From Octopus sinensis (taxonomy: Eukaryota): 64,000 nt of DNA. The stretch's first letter is position 1. The number at the start of each line of letters is the position of its first letter. Made by a program: the position numbers and the translations under genes. The stretch is from contig NC_042997.1 of the NCBI RefSeq assembly GCF_006345805.1, positions 20,150,001 to 20,214,000 of the forward strand. Direction: 5' to 3'. The notes beneath the pieces were generated by a model. It was not told the DNA's origin. It worked only from the letters and a program-made list of their open reading frames with translations, and searched no databases. This document shows positions 12,298 to 24,467 of the stretch, piece by piece.

Positions 12298-13519
12298 TAA
12301 TATATAAAATATTTTGTGTGATTCTTATAATGACTTTAATTGATAAAAATGTTCAAGCTGATACAATTACAAAATGACTGGAAAATTTGCAAAAAATAAA
12401 ATGATGCATTATTTTGTTAGACACTCAATTCGATGTTAACACTCAAATCTTACTCATATCAACAATAGATAAGTGAATACTCTCTTAAATATCTCTGCTA
12501 AAATTTAATTTGCTTTCTAACTTCATTTCAACCTCTTTGCTGCTTAGATATATCAAGATACTTCATTTGAAAAATTTTACATAATTTGAATTGGTATTCT
12601 AATTGTAAACATAGCCGAAATGGCATGAGGTGTTATGCAGCAAGTATATGATACTGAGTATAGACTAATGTTGTGGAATGCTTGTAGTCGATGCCAAAAC
12701 CAGAAACAGAAGTTTAGATGGAAGCATTCAGGTGCAGTAAGTATAAATCTTGTTTAGAATAATAATTAGCTCATGTCAATCAAGAAAATTGTTTGGTTGT
12801 TTTTTTTATACAGTCGTGTCAAAAAATATTTATTTAAAACTGTCCTGAAGGGAAGCCAGCATTGACACGTTCAGTTGATTTGACTTTGTCCAACTTATAC
12901 TCTCTTCCATAATGCTAGTTTAGATTTCTCCTGAATTTGTCAATTATTTTTATATTTGTGTTAAGATGAATACAACAAAATAGAATACTTTCATTTACAA
13001 CGTAAACTATTATTTATATTGGCTTCTGTATTACTGAGATTGGTCTACAATTTCATTGTTCTGTGTAGATTATGGGCATCAGTTAAATTATATCAACTTA
13101 GTTCTTTCAAGCTGCTGCAGAACTATTGTGTTCATATTGTTATCACAATTAAATACACTCATAATTTAATCGCAGATTTATTGATAAAAAATACATTTCT
13201 TCATTAATGAAGGGAGAAGACATAATCTTCTTACATTCAATTTCTCCTCATTAACAAAGGCAACAATCTTAATACTTCTTTCATTAACTTGGCATTTTAA
13301 ACAATACTTTGTTTAATGGATTCCACTTGATAACTAATTAAATCACCTAAGTAGGAAAACTAGCTACTTAACTTTAAGGTGAAAGAAGTTTTTGCAGAAA
13401 GTCTTCTCATAAAGGCTAATATTAAATATTTAAAAAAAATTTGATTCAGGCTCAGACTAATATACTAATTAGCTGCATTCACTACACAGAGTATACTCAT
13501 GCATACATTTCAGATATAT

Positions 13520-13640
13520 ATCATCATCATCATCATTATCATCATTTAACATCTGTTCTCCATGCTGGCATGGTTTGAATGAAAACTGGTAAGCTGGGGG
13601 ACTGCACCAAGTTCCAACCTGATTTGGCATGGTTTCTATT
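13520..13640 (-). mobile_element. RTE 3' terminal fragment, head-to-head with the following + strand RTE
   Basis: (CAT)n-TTTAACATCTGTTCTCCATGCTGGCATGG...GATTTGGCATGGTTTCTA. Confidence 0.7.
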
Positions 13641-16200
13641 TGGAAGCTTAAAGATCTTTTGAATAGTCAGAGATTCTAATTTAAGGATTTAATGAGAAGA
13701 AGGAGGAGGAGTTATAGACAAGTAACATAGAGGACAACTGGAAATTCCTACGAGACAACTTAGACCAAATTTGTGGCTGGTGCAAAGTCTCAACAATATC
13801 TAGGGTGACATGGTGGTAGAACAGTGTAGTAGTCAGGGCCATTGAAGCAAAGAAACTGACCTGGAAGAGTTGAAAAAGTGGTGGTAGCAGAGACCTGTAT
13901 CAAGTAGCTACAAGGGAAGCTACAAGACAGGTATCTTTAGCCAGAAGAGAAGTAGAAAGGAAGAAGTTTGTCAATGTTCTATGATGTAAGGAACAGAGGT
14001 TTAAGGTGTTTCTGATTGCAAGACATTGTGTCAGAGAAAGTCATCATGTAGGAGAGATGTGTATTCTCATGGATGATGGCTCACTTACAGTTCGTGATTC
14101 TGTAAAGAAAGAGACTTGGAAGTGCCACTATGAATGGCTGTTGAATGCAGAGAACGTATGGGAGAAGGAGAGCCTGCCTAACCTGGACCCAACTGGGGGA
14201 TCTACAATCTGAATAGACAGTAACTTAGTAGATAAAACAATTAAGGATCTGAGGACAGGGAAAGTCTCAGCCCATCAAGAATCACTGCTGATATGCTTGA
14301 AATATCTAGTGGAGTAGGAGATGGCCTAGTTACCCATATAGTTAGTCAGGTTGTTCATGAGGAAGTCTTACCCTTTGACTACTGTACCAGCATTATAGTC
14401 AACTGCTACAAAGGTAAAGGTGATGCCTTAGACAAAAATAATCACAGTGATTTCAAACTGCTAGACCAAATCATTAAGAATCACTAAGAATGTCCAGAAA
14501 ATAGACCTCCTCAAATGTTTATGAAGAGCTATCCGTAAAAGTTGTAGAGAGCTTCCAATCCCCAGGTAACAATGTTAGCAGTGGAGGTGGATGCTCTGAA
14601 AGCGTAGCTGCTGCAATAAAAATGGACTGGACGAAGTTCTGAGACCTGCTAACTTTGTTGTTAATGAAGGGCTTCTCCCTCAGAGTGAAGGACAGATTGT
14701 ATGATTCCTGTGTACAAATAGTTATGCTACATGACAGCTATACTACATGGAGGACAGGAGAAGTTTTGAAAGAAATGAAGTTTTGAAAGAAATGAAGCCT
14801 GTATTTTCCATTGGGTAGGTAAGGTCAGTATGCATGTACAATATAGTATAAATAAATTGAGGTGTGAGACACATCAGTTGTAATATGCTAGAGAGAAGAC
14901 TGCACTAGTATGGTCATGTAATGTGTTTGGATAAGGACAGCTTCATAAAGAAGTACAAGTCTTCATTATGGAGGGAACCTGTGGAAATGGGTAGACCCAG
15001 GAAGATGTGAGATGAAGTGATGGGAAATGATCTTCCGATGTTGAGCCTCACAGAGGATATAACAAGGGGCCAAAACTTTTGGTAATTTGCTGTGCTTCAG
15101 AAGGGACGTCAAGCTAAGTAAAATTGTGGTCATCCAAAAATTCAAGCATGTCCTTTATGACCAAGCCCTACCACATACACATAATCTGTCTTCTGTCAAA
15201 ACATCCTTACAACTCATCTTCCCAACAACCCCCATCCCACTTTCTATGATCACCAGTCACTGCAGGCCTCTCCATTCTCCTTCCTGTGTCCATCTGCACT
15301 CTCTCCAAGCTCTAACATATCTACCCTTCCCCCTATCAGCTACTCCATTTTCTCTCACCATCACTCGTTACAGCTATGCCTTCCCCATCTCTAAATATCT
15401 CCCCTCACACTTTATGGAATATCCTCTTCTGTTCCCTCTTGACTACTTATACTCTCCCACTTTTCCCCCAATACATCACCAACGCTATCTATCTTTCTCT
15501 CTCCTACTCTGACTCTCTATTCTTTCTCTAATTTTCTCTCCCCTTCTTAACCTTTTCTGTCCTACTGGATTAGCCAAGTATCCCATCTATAGTTGTTGTA
15601 GTTGGTATCCTTTTTTGTCTCAGGAGACAATGAAGTTGTGCATAAAATAATCTAGTCCGGTTTTTATATTTCATGTCCTCATACATCTCCTGCTGTGGCT
15701 GTGTAGTCCTATCCTGGACAAACACTCCCTCTGGCAGGTGCCGCAAATATAGCTAAGACTTTGCCTGGCTGGTTGTAATGTCATAGTTTCTTGTAATTAT
15801 AATAAGATAATTATCTCTGTCACTTTGGTGCTGCAAATATAGCTAAGACTTTGCCTGGCTGGTTGTAATGTCATAGTTTCTTGTAATTATAGTAAGATAA
15901 TTATCTCTGTCACTTTGTTGTACTCTAACCTCTCTCCTGGTTCACAGCTTCTTCACTCGGTTCCACTCCCTCTTTCAGCTGAGAGATTTTGCAAGCTATT
16001 TAGCAACGCTACTGGTGTCATGTAAAAAGCATCCAGTACACTCAGTGAATTATTTGGCATCAGAAAGGGTGTCCAGCCATAGAAACTATTCCAAAACAGA
16101 CAAATTGAGCTTGGTGTATTTTATCAGCTTGCCTGTTCCTGTTGAACGTTTTAACCCATGCCAACATGGAAAACAGACGTTAAACGATGATGAGGACAAT
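13641..16200 (+). mobile_element. 5'-truncated, internally deleted RTE LINE with long 3' UTR
   Basis: Peptides FLIARHCVRE..GEMCILMDDGSL, WEKESLPNLDPTGG and IIVNCYKGKGDALDKNNH, a GRPRK-like C-terminus near 14990-15110, a pyrimidine-rich UTR and an AAACAGACGTTAAACGATGATG tail near 16190. Confidence 0.8.
15737..15917. repeat. 90-bp tandem duplication (2 copies, 2 mismatches)
   Basis: GGTGC(C/T)GCAAATATAGCTAAGACTTTGCC...ATTATCTCTGTCACTTTG repeated with period 90. Confidence 0.95.
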
Positions 16201-18219
16201 GACGAAGCAGTCCCTGCATAATAGCTATCCTGAAGGAGTAATTCTAACCAAACTATTGGTTAGAATTGGAATTATATCCAATGTACATAGTATTTTATAA
16301 AATGTACTATTACTGTTTTAAGCTACCATTTAAAAGTAAATTATTTTTCTTTATGTTTTTAGTTTAGAAAATTGGAATTTTGAAATCAAATGTTTTAATC
16401 AGGAAAACTATTCCATGTCTTTTTATAGTTTAATATATATATATATATTTCTACTAAGTCCAGTATGTGGCAAAGTAATTTATTTTACTAAGCCCTAATT
16501 ATATAATGTAATATATATATATATATATATTCAGCAGAGACAGAAAATATATATTTATATTTTTGTAATAAATATTTGCAATGTGGTAAAAACTAGTGAA
16601 GTTTATTTTAATTTCAGTGATTTATTATTGCATTCTAACTTTGATGGAAAGGGGTACTAATTACCTGAATCAACACATGTAGATAGTGTTGGTAATATTT
16701 TAATGAATCCTGGGGTCACAAAATGTAACATCAGGATTTGAACTCAGTGTAAAGGTATATAATCATATACTATAAATTATTTAGTAATGCATCCTACTAT
16801 ATGAAACACTTCATCACCATAAGTAACTTATTAATAATAAGTTAAAATAAAGTGTATTTATTAATGATTTTCTTTACTTAGAAAATCGTGCTTTTTTTCC
16901 ACTACTGATGTTGCATATTGATTTTTCATTTACATTTATTCAATTAATCTATATTGATTTCATTGATAGTGAAAAGAAAGGGGAATACGAAATAAATCAC
17001 TATTCAGTATGCAGACATTGAAAAGAAATTTAATTTATTAAGTGATTTCATCTTTGATAACCCTCTTCAAAATCTTTCTATTTGACTTTTGATGTTATTT
17101 ATTATGGAGTTATATTTTCTTATGACAAAAGCTATAAATATTATATTACTTAAATTTATAACTAAAAATCATTCTAAAATGTACCTGTTATTTTCCAACT
17201 TAAATTTTCTAATCAAACTTCTTCATAAATCACGCAACCCAAATCATTTTCTTTCAGCAATAAAATTAAAATAATTTAATCTAGATTGACAATATAATAA
17301 TCAATCTAAATCAAATTGTCAGTTTCATTCCCTGTTCCTTGGTTTTCCAATATTTTTATCATATCTTTCAACTTTTTAAAATAATCTCTCTTGAAAGAAA
17401 GCAAAATTTAAATACTCTTGAACAAAGAACCTTTAAATATAAAAAATCAAAATACTAAGAATTTCAAATGAGAAACTGGTTACACACACACACAAAAGAA
17501 AAAGAACCAAAAAAACTCTTTTTGATCTCTTTATATGAAATGTATAAAATATAACACTGTAACTATACAACAATTTATACCAATTTAAATTCTACTATTT
17601 TCTATAGAAACATAAATGGCAGTTAGAATATATGTCGAATATTCAATGATTTATCAGTATGTCTTGTATATTTTAGGATTATTAAATGAGAAATTCCTTT
17701 ATAAACATTTGAAGTAAAGTATTACAAATGGTTATATACTGAATATAATAGAAAAGAAGGAAGTATACACAAATAATATTCTGGAAGTATATATATGTTT
17801 GGAAAAGAATTTAAAGTTTAAATTAGATGAAAGATTAGTAATCAGTGAATCTAGCATATCCATGGGAATTTGAACGTGATCTAAAAGTCTGAAGTTTTTA
17901 GCTTTTACTGGAATTTTAAGAAACCGAGATTGATGTATGTGCAAAAATATATAGTGCTCTTCATTCATTTGTTTAACATCAGTTTTCTCCAAGCTAATAT
18001 GTGTTTGAACAAAGATGTATTTGGGGAAAGATTTTACAGCTAGATGCTCTTTCTGTTGCTAAGGAAATTTATTTTATTCCACAAGCTTTTCAAAAGCAGA
18101 GAATGGCAACCAGTCATAAAGTCAACAAGAAAGGTAAATATTATACAACATTTCACTGTAGCAGAATACTGGCTGTAGGCTATCAATATCCATACACATT
18201 CATGTGAATACATGTACAC

Positions 18220-18282
<63 letters not shown>

Positions 18283-18285
<3 letters not shown>

Positions 18286-18568
18286 TCATCATCATCATCA
18301 TCCTTTAACTAGCATGGGTTTGACGATTTGACTGAGGACTGGCAAACTAGATGGCTGCACCAGGCTCCAATCTAATCTGACAGAGTTTCTACAGCTGGAT
18401 GCCCTTCCTAACACCAACCACTCCGAGAGTGTAGTGGGTGCTTTTATGTGCCACCTGCACGAGGGCCAGTCTGGCAGTACAGGCAATGGCCACGCTCGAA
18501 ATGGTGTTTTTTATGTGCCACCTGCACAAGAGTCAGTCCAGCTGCACTGGCAACGACCTCGCTCAAAT
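18283..18568 (-). mobile_element. RTE 3' UTR with tail (tail-bearing arm of a possible 5'-inverted insertion)
   Basis: (CAT)n tail abutting (TA)n, GGATGCCCTTCCTAACACCAACC, and two TTTTATGTGCCACC subrepeats. Confidence 0.85.
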
Positions 18569-20615
18569 GTATGTTCACATGCACTGCGAAGAAAGAGGCT
18601 TGGAAAGGCTTCTAAATGTAGAGAATGAATGGGAGAAGGTGAGTCTGCAAAATGTTGACCCAACTGAAGGACCAGCTATCCGAGTTGACTGTACCTTGAT
18701 AAAGTAAATAAGGAGATGAAGACAGAGAAAACCCATCAGGAATCACTGCTGAGATGCTTAAAATGTCTTGTGGTGTAGGCAATAGTTTAACCACCCATAT
18801 AACTAATCAGATGATACACGAAGGAGTCATATCCAATGACTGGTGTAGCAGCTCCATTGTCAATTGCCACAAAGATAAAGGTGACACATTACACAGAAAT
18901 AATTAGGGGTATCAAATTGTTGGATCAGATGATGAAAAGTCAAGAGTAAGGGTCATAGCCCAACTAATTAGGGAGGGAGTTAGTTTAGATAAGATGCAAT
19001 TTGCTTTTTGTGCGAGGGAGAAGCACTGCTGATGTTATATTTCTGGTAACATAGCTACAGGAGAAGTTCCAAGCCAAAGATAAACCTTTGTACTTGGTTT
19101 TGTTGAGAAAGCTTGTGATAGGGTTCCTTGATCCCTTATCTGGTGGTCAATGTGGAAACTAGGGATAGTTGTGTGGTTGGTGAGAGCTGTACAAGCCATG
19201 TACAGGGATGCTGGCAGTAAGGTGAGAGTTGGCAACAAGTATAGTGAGGAACTCAGGATAGAAGTAGGGGTTCACCAAGGATCAGTCCTCAGCCCCCTCT
19301 TGTTCATCATAGTCCTCCTGGCAATAACAGAGGAATTCAAGACAGGATGCCCCTGAGAGCTCCTCTATGCTGATAACCTTGTTCTTATAGCTGAATCACT
19401 ACCAGAACTAGAGAAGAAGTTTCAGGTGTGGAAAAAAGGTCTAGAATCGAAGTGCCTTAGAGTTAACCTAGCAAAAACCAAAGTCTTAGTAAGTAGGAAG
19501 GCAGACAAATCAAATATCCCCTCAGAAAGATGGCCCTGCTCAATCTGTAGAAAAGGTGTAAGTAGAAATTCCGTAAGATGTACCCAGTGTAAGCTATAGA
19601 CATATAAAAAGTGCAGCAATATCAGAGGAAGGTTAACAGGGAAACTAGTTTTTGAGTGTGGAATGTGCACAGGTATGATTAACACTAAAAATGTGCAAAA
19701 AATAGACTCCATCAAATGCCAGGGGAAAACCTAGAAGTAGTTCATATCTTCAGGTGCCTAGGTAACTAAGTCAATAGTGGGGGTGGATGCTCAGAAAGTG
19801 TAGCTGCTAGAATAAGAATAAATGGGGCAAAGTTCAAGGAGCTCCTACCTCTGTTGGTAATGAAGGGCCTCTTCCTCAGAGTGAATGGAAAACTGTATGA
19901 TGCCTGTGTATGTGAACAGCCATGCTACACAGCAGTGAAACTTGGGCTACGACTGTTGGGGACAGGCGTAGGCTTGAAAGATATGAGACTAGTATACTTT
20001 GCTAGATGTGCAATATCAGTGTGCATGCACTACAGAGTGTAAGCATCTTGAGAGAAAAGTTGGGCATAAGAGGTATAGGATGTGGTGTGCAAAAGAAACG
20101 ACTGCATTGGTATGTGGTGCATATGGGTGTGGGCAGCTGTGTGAAGATGTGCCAATCTCTACCAGTGGAAGAGGGATCTCAAGAAGACATGGGATGAGGT
20201 TGTGGGCATGATCTTTGAATGCTGGGCCTCATGGAAGCAATGACTAGCAACCGAGACATTTGGCGATATGCCATACTTGCAAAGAGCTACCGAACCAAGT
20301 GAAATCATTGTTGTGGACATTGTTGGTGTCATGTAACAGGCAACTGTGCTGGTGGCACATAATAAGCAGCTTTTGAGTGTTGGGCCACCCAGATGTATTG
20401 TGGCCAATGCTGATGATGTGGAACTAGCAACCATGCCAGTGGCATGTAAAAAGCACCTTCCAACCACTGGGCCTCATGAAGGCAATGACAAATAACTGAG
20501 ACCTTTGGCAATATGCTGTGCTTAAGAAGGAAGATCCATCAATGTGAGTGAAAATCATAGTCATGGTAGATACTGGCATCACGCAACTGGCACTCTGTGC
20601 TGGTAGCATGTAAAA
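18569..20615 (+). mobile_element. RTE LINE ORF2 (RT domain, zinc-finger region, C-terminus) with part of the 3' UTR; disabled
   Basis: WKLGIVVWLVRAVQAMYRDAGSKVRVGNKYSEELRIEVGVHQGSVLSPLLFIIVLLAITEEFKTGCP*ELLYADNL, WPCSICRKGV and LREKLGIRGIGCGVQKKRLHWY. Ends in subrepeats with no terminal tail. Confidence 0.9.
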
Positions 20616-20899
20616 GTACATCATCAAGCAGCAAAAGCTAGAGATGTTCACTCAATGCAAACTTTCAATTAACTGATGTGGTGAGGATGTGGTGAGGATG
20701 TGGTGAGGATAATGTAGCAAACAGTCAATAAATGTGTAATATCCGTTCAAGTTACAAAAGGTTCAAGTAGAACAATGACACTTTTCAAACAAAAGGCCTG
20801 GTGCATTTTCATGTACGAAAATTCATTTGTGTATTTACACTATGCTAAGGAATCAAGGCTAATTTTTTGCTTGCTATCCTGTATATATGTATATATATA

Positions 20900-21128
20900 T
20901 TTCTTTACTACCCACAAGAGGCTAAACACAGAGGGGACAAACAAGGACAGACAAAGCGATTAAGTCGATTCCATCGACCCCAGTGTGTAACTGGTACTTA
21001 ATTTATCGACCCCGAAAGGATGAAAGGCAAAGTCAACCTCGGCGAAATTTGAACTCAGAATGTAACGGCAGACGAAAAATGGCTACGCATTTCGCCCGGC
21101 ATGCTACCGTTTCTGCCAGCTCACCGCC
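20900..21128 (-). mobile_element. tRNA-derived SINE family A, young near-full-length copy
   Basis: Minus strand GGCGGTGAGCTGGCAGAAACGGTAGCATGCCGGGCGAAATGC...GTTCAAATTTCGCCGAGG...GGGGTCGATAAATTAAGTACCAG; CpG-rich. Confidence 0.9.
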
Positions 21129-21517
21129 TATAATGACCATAATGTATATATGTATATATAGTCAATAAAACATATATCAGAAAAGAAGCATGCTCTAAAG
21201 AATAGAGATGTAATTATTAAAGCAAAAAGTTAAATTCTGGTCATAGAGTTACCAAAGGTTTTGTATCCACAAAAGCCACAGCCTTGTGAACAGCTCTTCA
21301 GACTTTATACAAAGACTTTCTACCACACATACATGAGAAAATGCTCAGATATTGAGATTTAATGGCTAACATATAAAAACATTAATGAGGATGGGTTATC
21401 TCCTCTGAACAAGAGGATAAAAAAAAACCCTTACAGATCTGAGATAGCTTAACCAGCAAATGGAGAGATCCAATTTTCCAGTAGGTAGTGCTTGAAATGG
21501 ACACATTTAGAGAAAAT

Positions 21518-22460
21518 TTATTTACAACTCTTCAACGTACCAGATTTAGCCAAGTCCTTAAGAATTTTGGTTCTCTCCACGATGCAGATTGTTGCAACTG
21601 CCACTCCCATTAATATATGGGCCAGGATAGTCTATTATTTTCTACCTGATGTCTCATGTGGGAGTCATCCCATCAGTGTTGATGGTAATTGTTTGGTCAT
21701 CATCAGTGGTGGTACTGGGGATGCAGGATGGAAGCACTCCGTCTGTTACGACGATGAGGGTTCCGGTTGATCCGAATCAACGGAACAGCCTGCTCATGAA
21801 ATTAACGTGTAAGTGGCTGAGCACTCCACAGACGCGTGTACTCTTAACATAGTTCTCGGGGATATTCAGCGTGACACAGAGAGTGACAAGGCCGGCCCTT
21901 TGAAATACAGGTACAACAGAAACAGGAAGTAAGAGTGAGAGAAAGTTGTGGTGAAAGAGTACAGCAGGGATCACCACCATCCCCTGCCGGAGCCTCGTGA
22001 AGCGTTAGGTGTTTTCGCTCAAAAAACACTCACAACGACCGGTCTGGGAATCGAAACCGCGATTCTATGACCGCGAGTCCGCTGCCCTAACCACTGGGCC
22101 ATTGCGCCTCCACTGGGGATGCAGGATACCACCTCTGTGTCACTGGTCCTCGATTGCTCATCTTCTCTAGGTGTAGTGATTGTACTGGTGGTAACATATG
22201 ATGCAAGCCTAGTCACTCTATCGGTGTCAATGATAACGGTTTATCCATCATCTGTGGCAGTGGTACTAGGGTCGTCGGTTACCTCATCTGTGTCACTGGT
22301 CTCAGACTGGTCATTATCTCTGGTCGTAGTGATTACACTAGTGTAGGACCTGGTTAACCTGCCTTTATTGCTGTTAATGCAAATAGCAGGTCTAGATGTC
22401 ACTGTATCATCTTCATCTTCTAGATGTCACTGTATCACAGTCATCTTCATAGATGACTCA
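21518..22460 (-). pseudogene. Relic of a Thr/Asp/Ser-rich (mucin-like) repeat protein with a downstream hydrophobic segment, interrupted by a SINE
   Basis: With the SINE and one TSD removed, the frame reads TRSYTSVITTTRDNDQSETSDTDEVTDDPSTTATDDG*TVIIDTDRV / TRLASYVTTSTITTPREDEQSRTSDTEVVSCIPSTTTDDDQTITINTDGMTPT*. A shifted frame at 21631-21518 gives TILAHILMGVAVATICIVERTKILKDLAKSGTLKSCK*. Confidence 0.4.
21730..22111 (-). mobile_element. Young full-length tRNA-derived SINE family B with 16-bp TSD
   Basis: Head GGAGGCGCAATGGCCCAGTGGTTAGGGCAGCGG..GGTTTCGATTCCCAGACC; flanked by ACTGGGGATGCAGGAT at 21714-21729 and 22112-22127. Confidence 0.95.
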
Positions 22461-22489
22461 TTTGGCCTTGCATATATATATATATAATT

Positions 22490-23400
<911 letters not shown>

Positions 23401-24269
23401 TGCTAGTGCATCTCTCTCTCTCTCTCTTTCTCTCTGTCTCTCTCTCTTTTTTTTCTCTCTCTCTCTCTTCCTCTTCTTCCTCCTTCTCTTAGATGTTCCA
23501 CTGCATCAAGGCATGAGGGAGGGATGAAAGGGTGTCCCTGTCTGCTGGCGACTGTATAAATTCCTAAAAGAATTAGAGAAATTATGGTACAGTCTACTAG
23601 CTCATACTTGCTTGTGAGTGAAAGCTAAGTGAAGAAGCACATAATGTTGCAGAACCCACTCAATGCTCATGCAACCTAAAACCTAGTTTTAGCTTGCACC
23701 TTGGTGCCTCTTATGAACTTTTGGTTGTTTTTCACTCAAAATGGAGTTTTCTAACTTCTGTATCAATATGAACACAATATGCTTATATCAGTATATTTCT
23801 CATAAATTTTTTCCTGTTTTGTAGATAAAAGAAGAGACGCTAACAAAATAACAGAAAATGATAGAATGATTGAAACAAATCATTGATATTGAAGGTTAGA
23901 TGACTATCAGAAATTGAATATTCATTTATAAATACTAAAAGTGGAATTAACAAAGCCCTAGGTTATGCCATAATAATATAAGTTACATTCCATAGGGAAT
24001 ATTTTACAAAGACCTGCAATATTTCAAAATTAATTCTTTTAATATAAAGCTTCAGGAAACTTCAAATTTGAGTTTGCTTTGCATTTTTTGTTTTTGTTTT
24101 TATTTCTATTCATCCCTTCGGCTTGAAGAATAAACCTTATTATGAAGTGTACTACTCTAATAGTTTTACTAAGCTGCATCAAAGACTGCATCATTTGTTC
24201 AAGTAGTTTCCTGCTTCATACTTTGATATACACAGTATATTTGGCGTCACACAAACGGCAGTGTCACAC

Positions 24270-24467
24270 TGATGGCTCCTCATGCTGGTGGCATGTAAAA
24301 ACACTCATTACACTCTCAGAGTGGTTAGTGTTATGAAGGACATCCTGTTGTAGAAACCATGCCAAATCAAGCTGGAGCCTGGTGCAGCCTTCCAACTTGC
24401 CAGCCCTGGTCAAACCATCCAGCCCATGCCAGCATGGACAACAGACGTTAAATGATGATGATGATGA
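24270..24467 (+). mobile_element. RTE 3' terminal fragment
   Basis: GGTGGCATGTAAAA...GAAGGACATCCTGTTGTAGAAAC...CCCATGCCAGCATGGACAACAGACGTTAAATGATGATG. Confidence 0.8.

Noticed and set aside
21730-22111. tRNA-like sequence at SINE heads
   Set aside because: A/B boxes are present, but the sequence runs into SINE bodies with a TSD and has no complete cloverleaf, so these are not tRNA genes.
23825-23894. Strong acceptor TTTTCCTGTTTTGTAG with a downstream AAG|GTTAGA
   Set aside because: All three frames contain stops before the donor.
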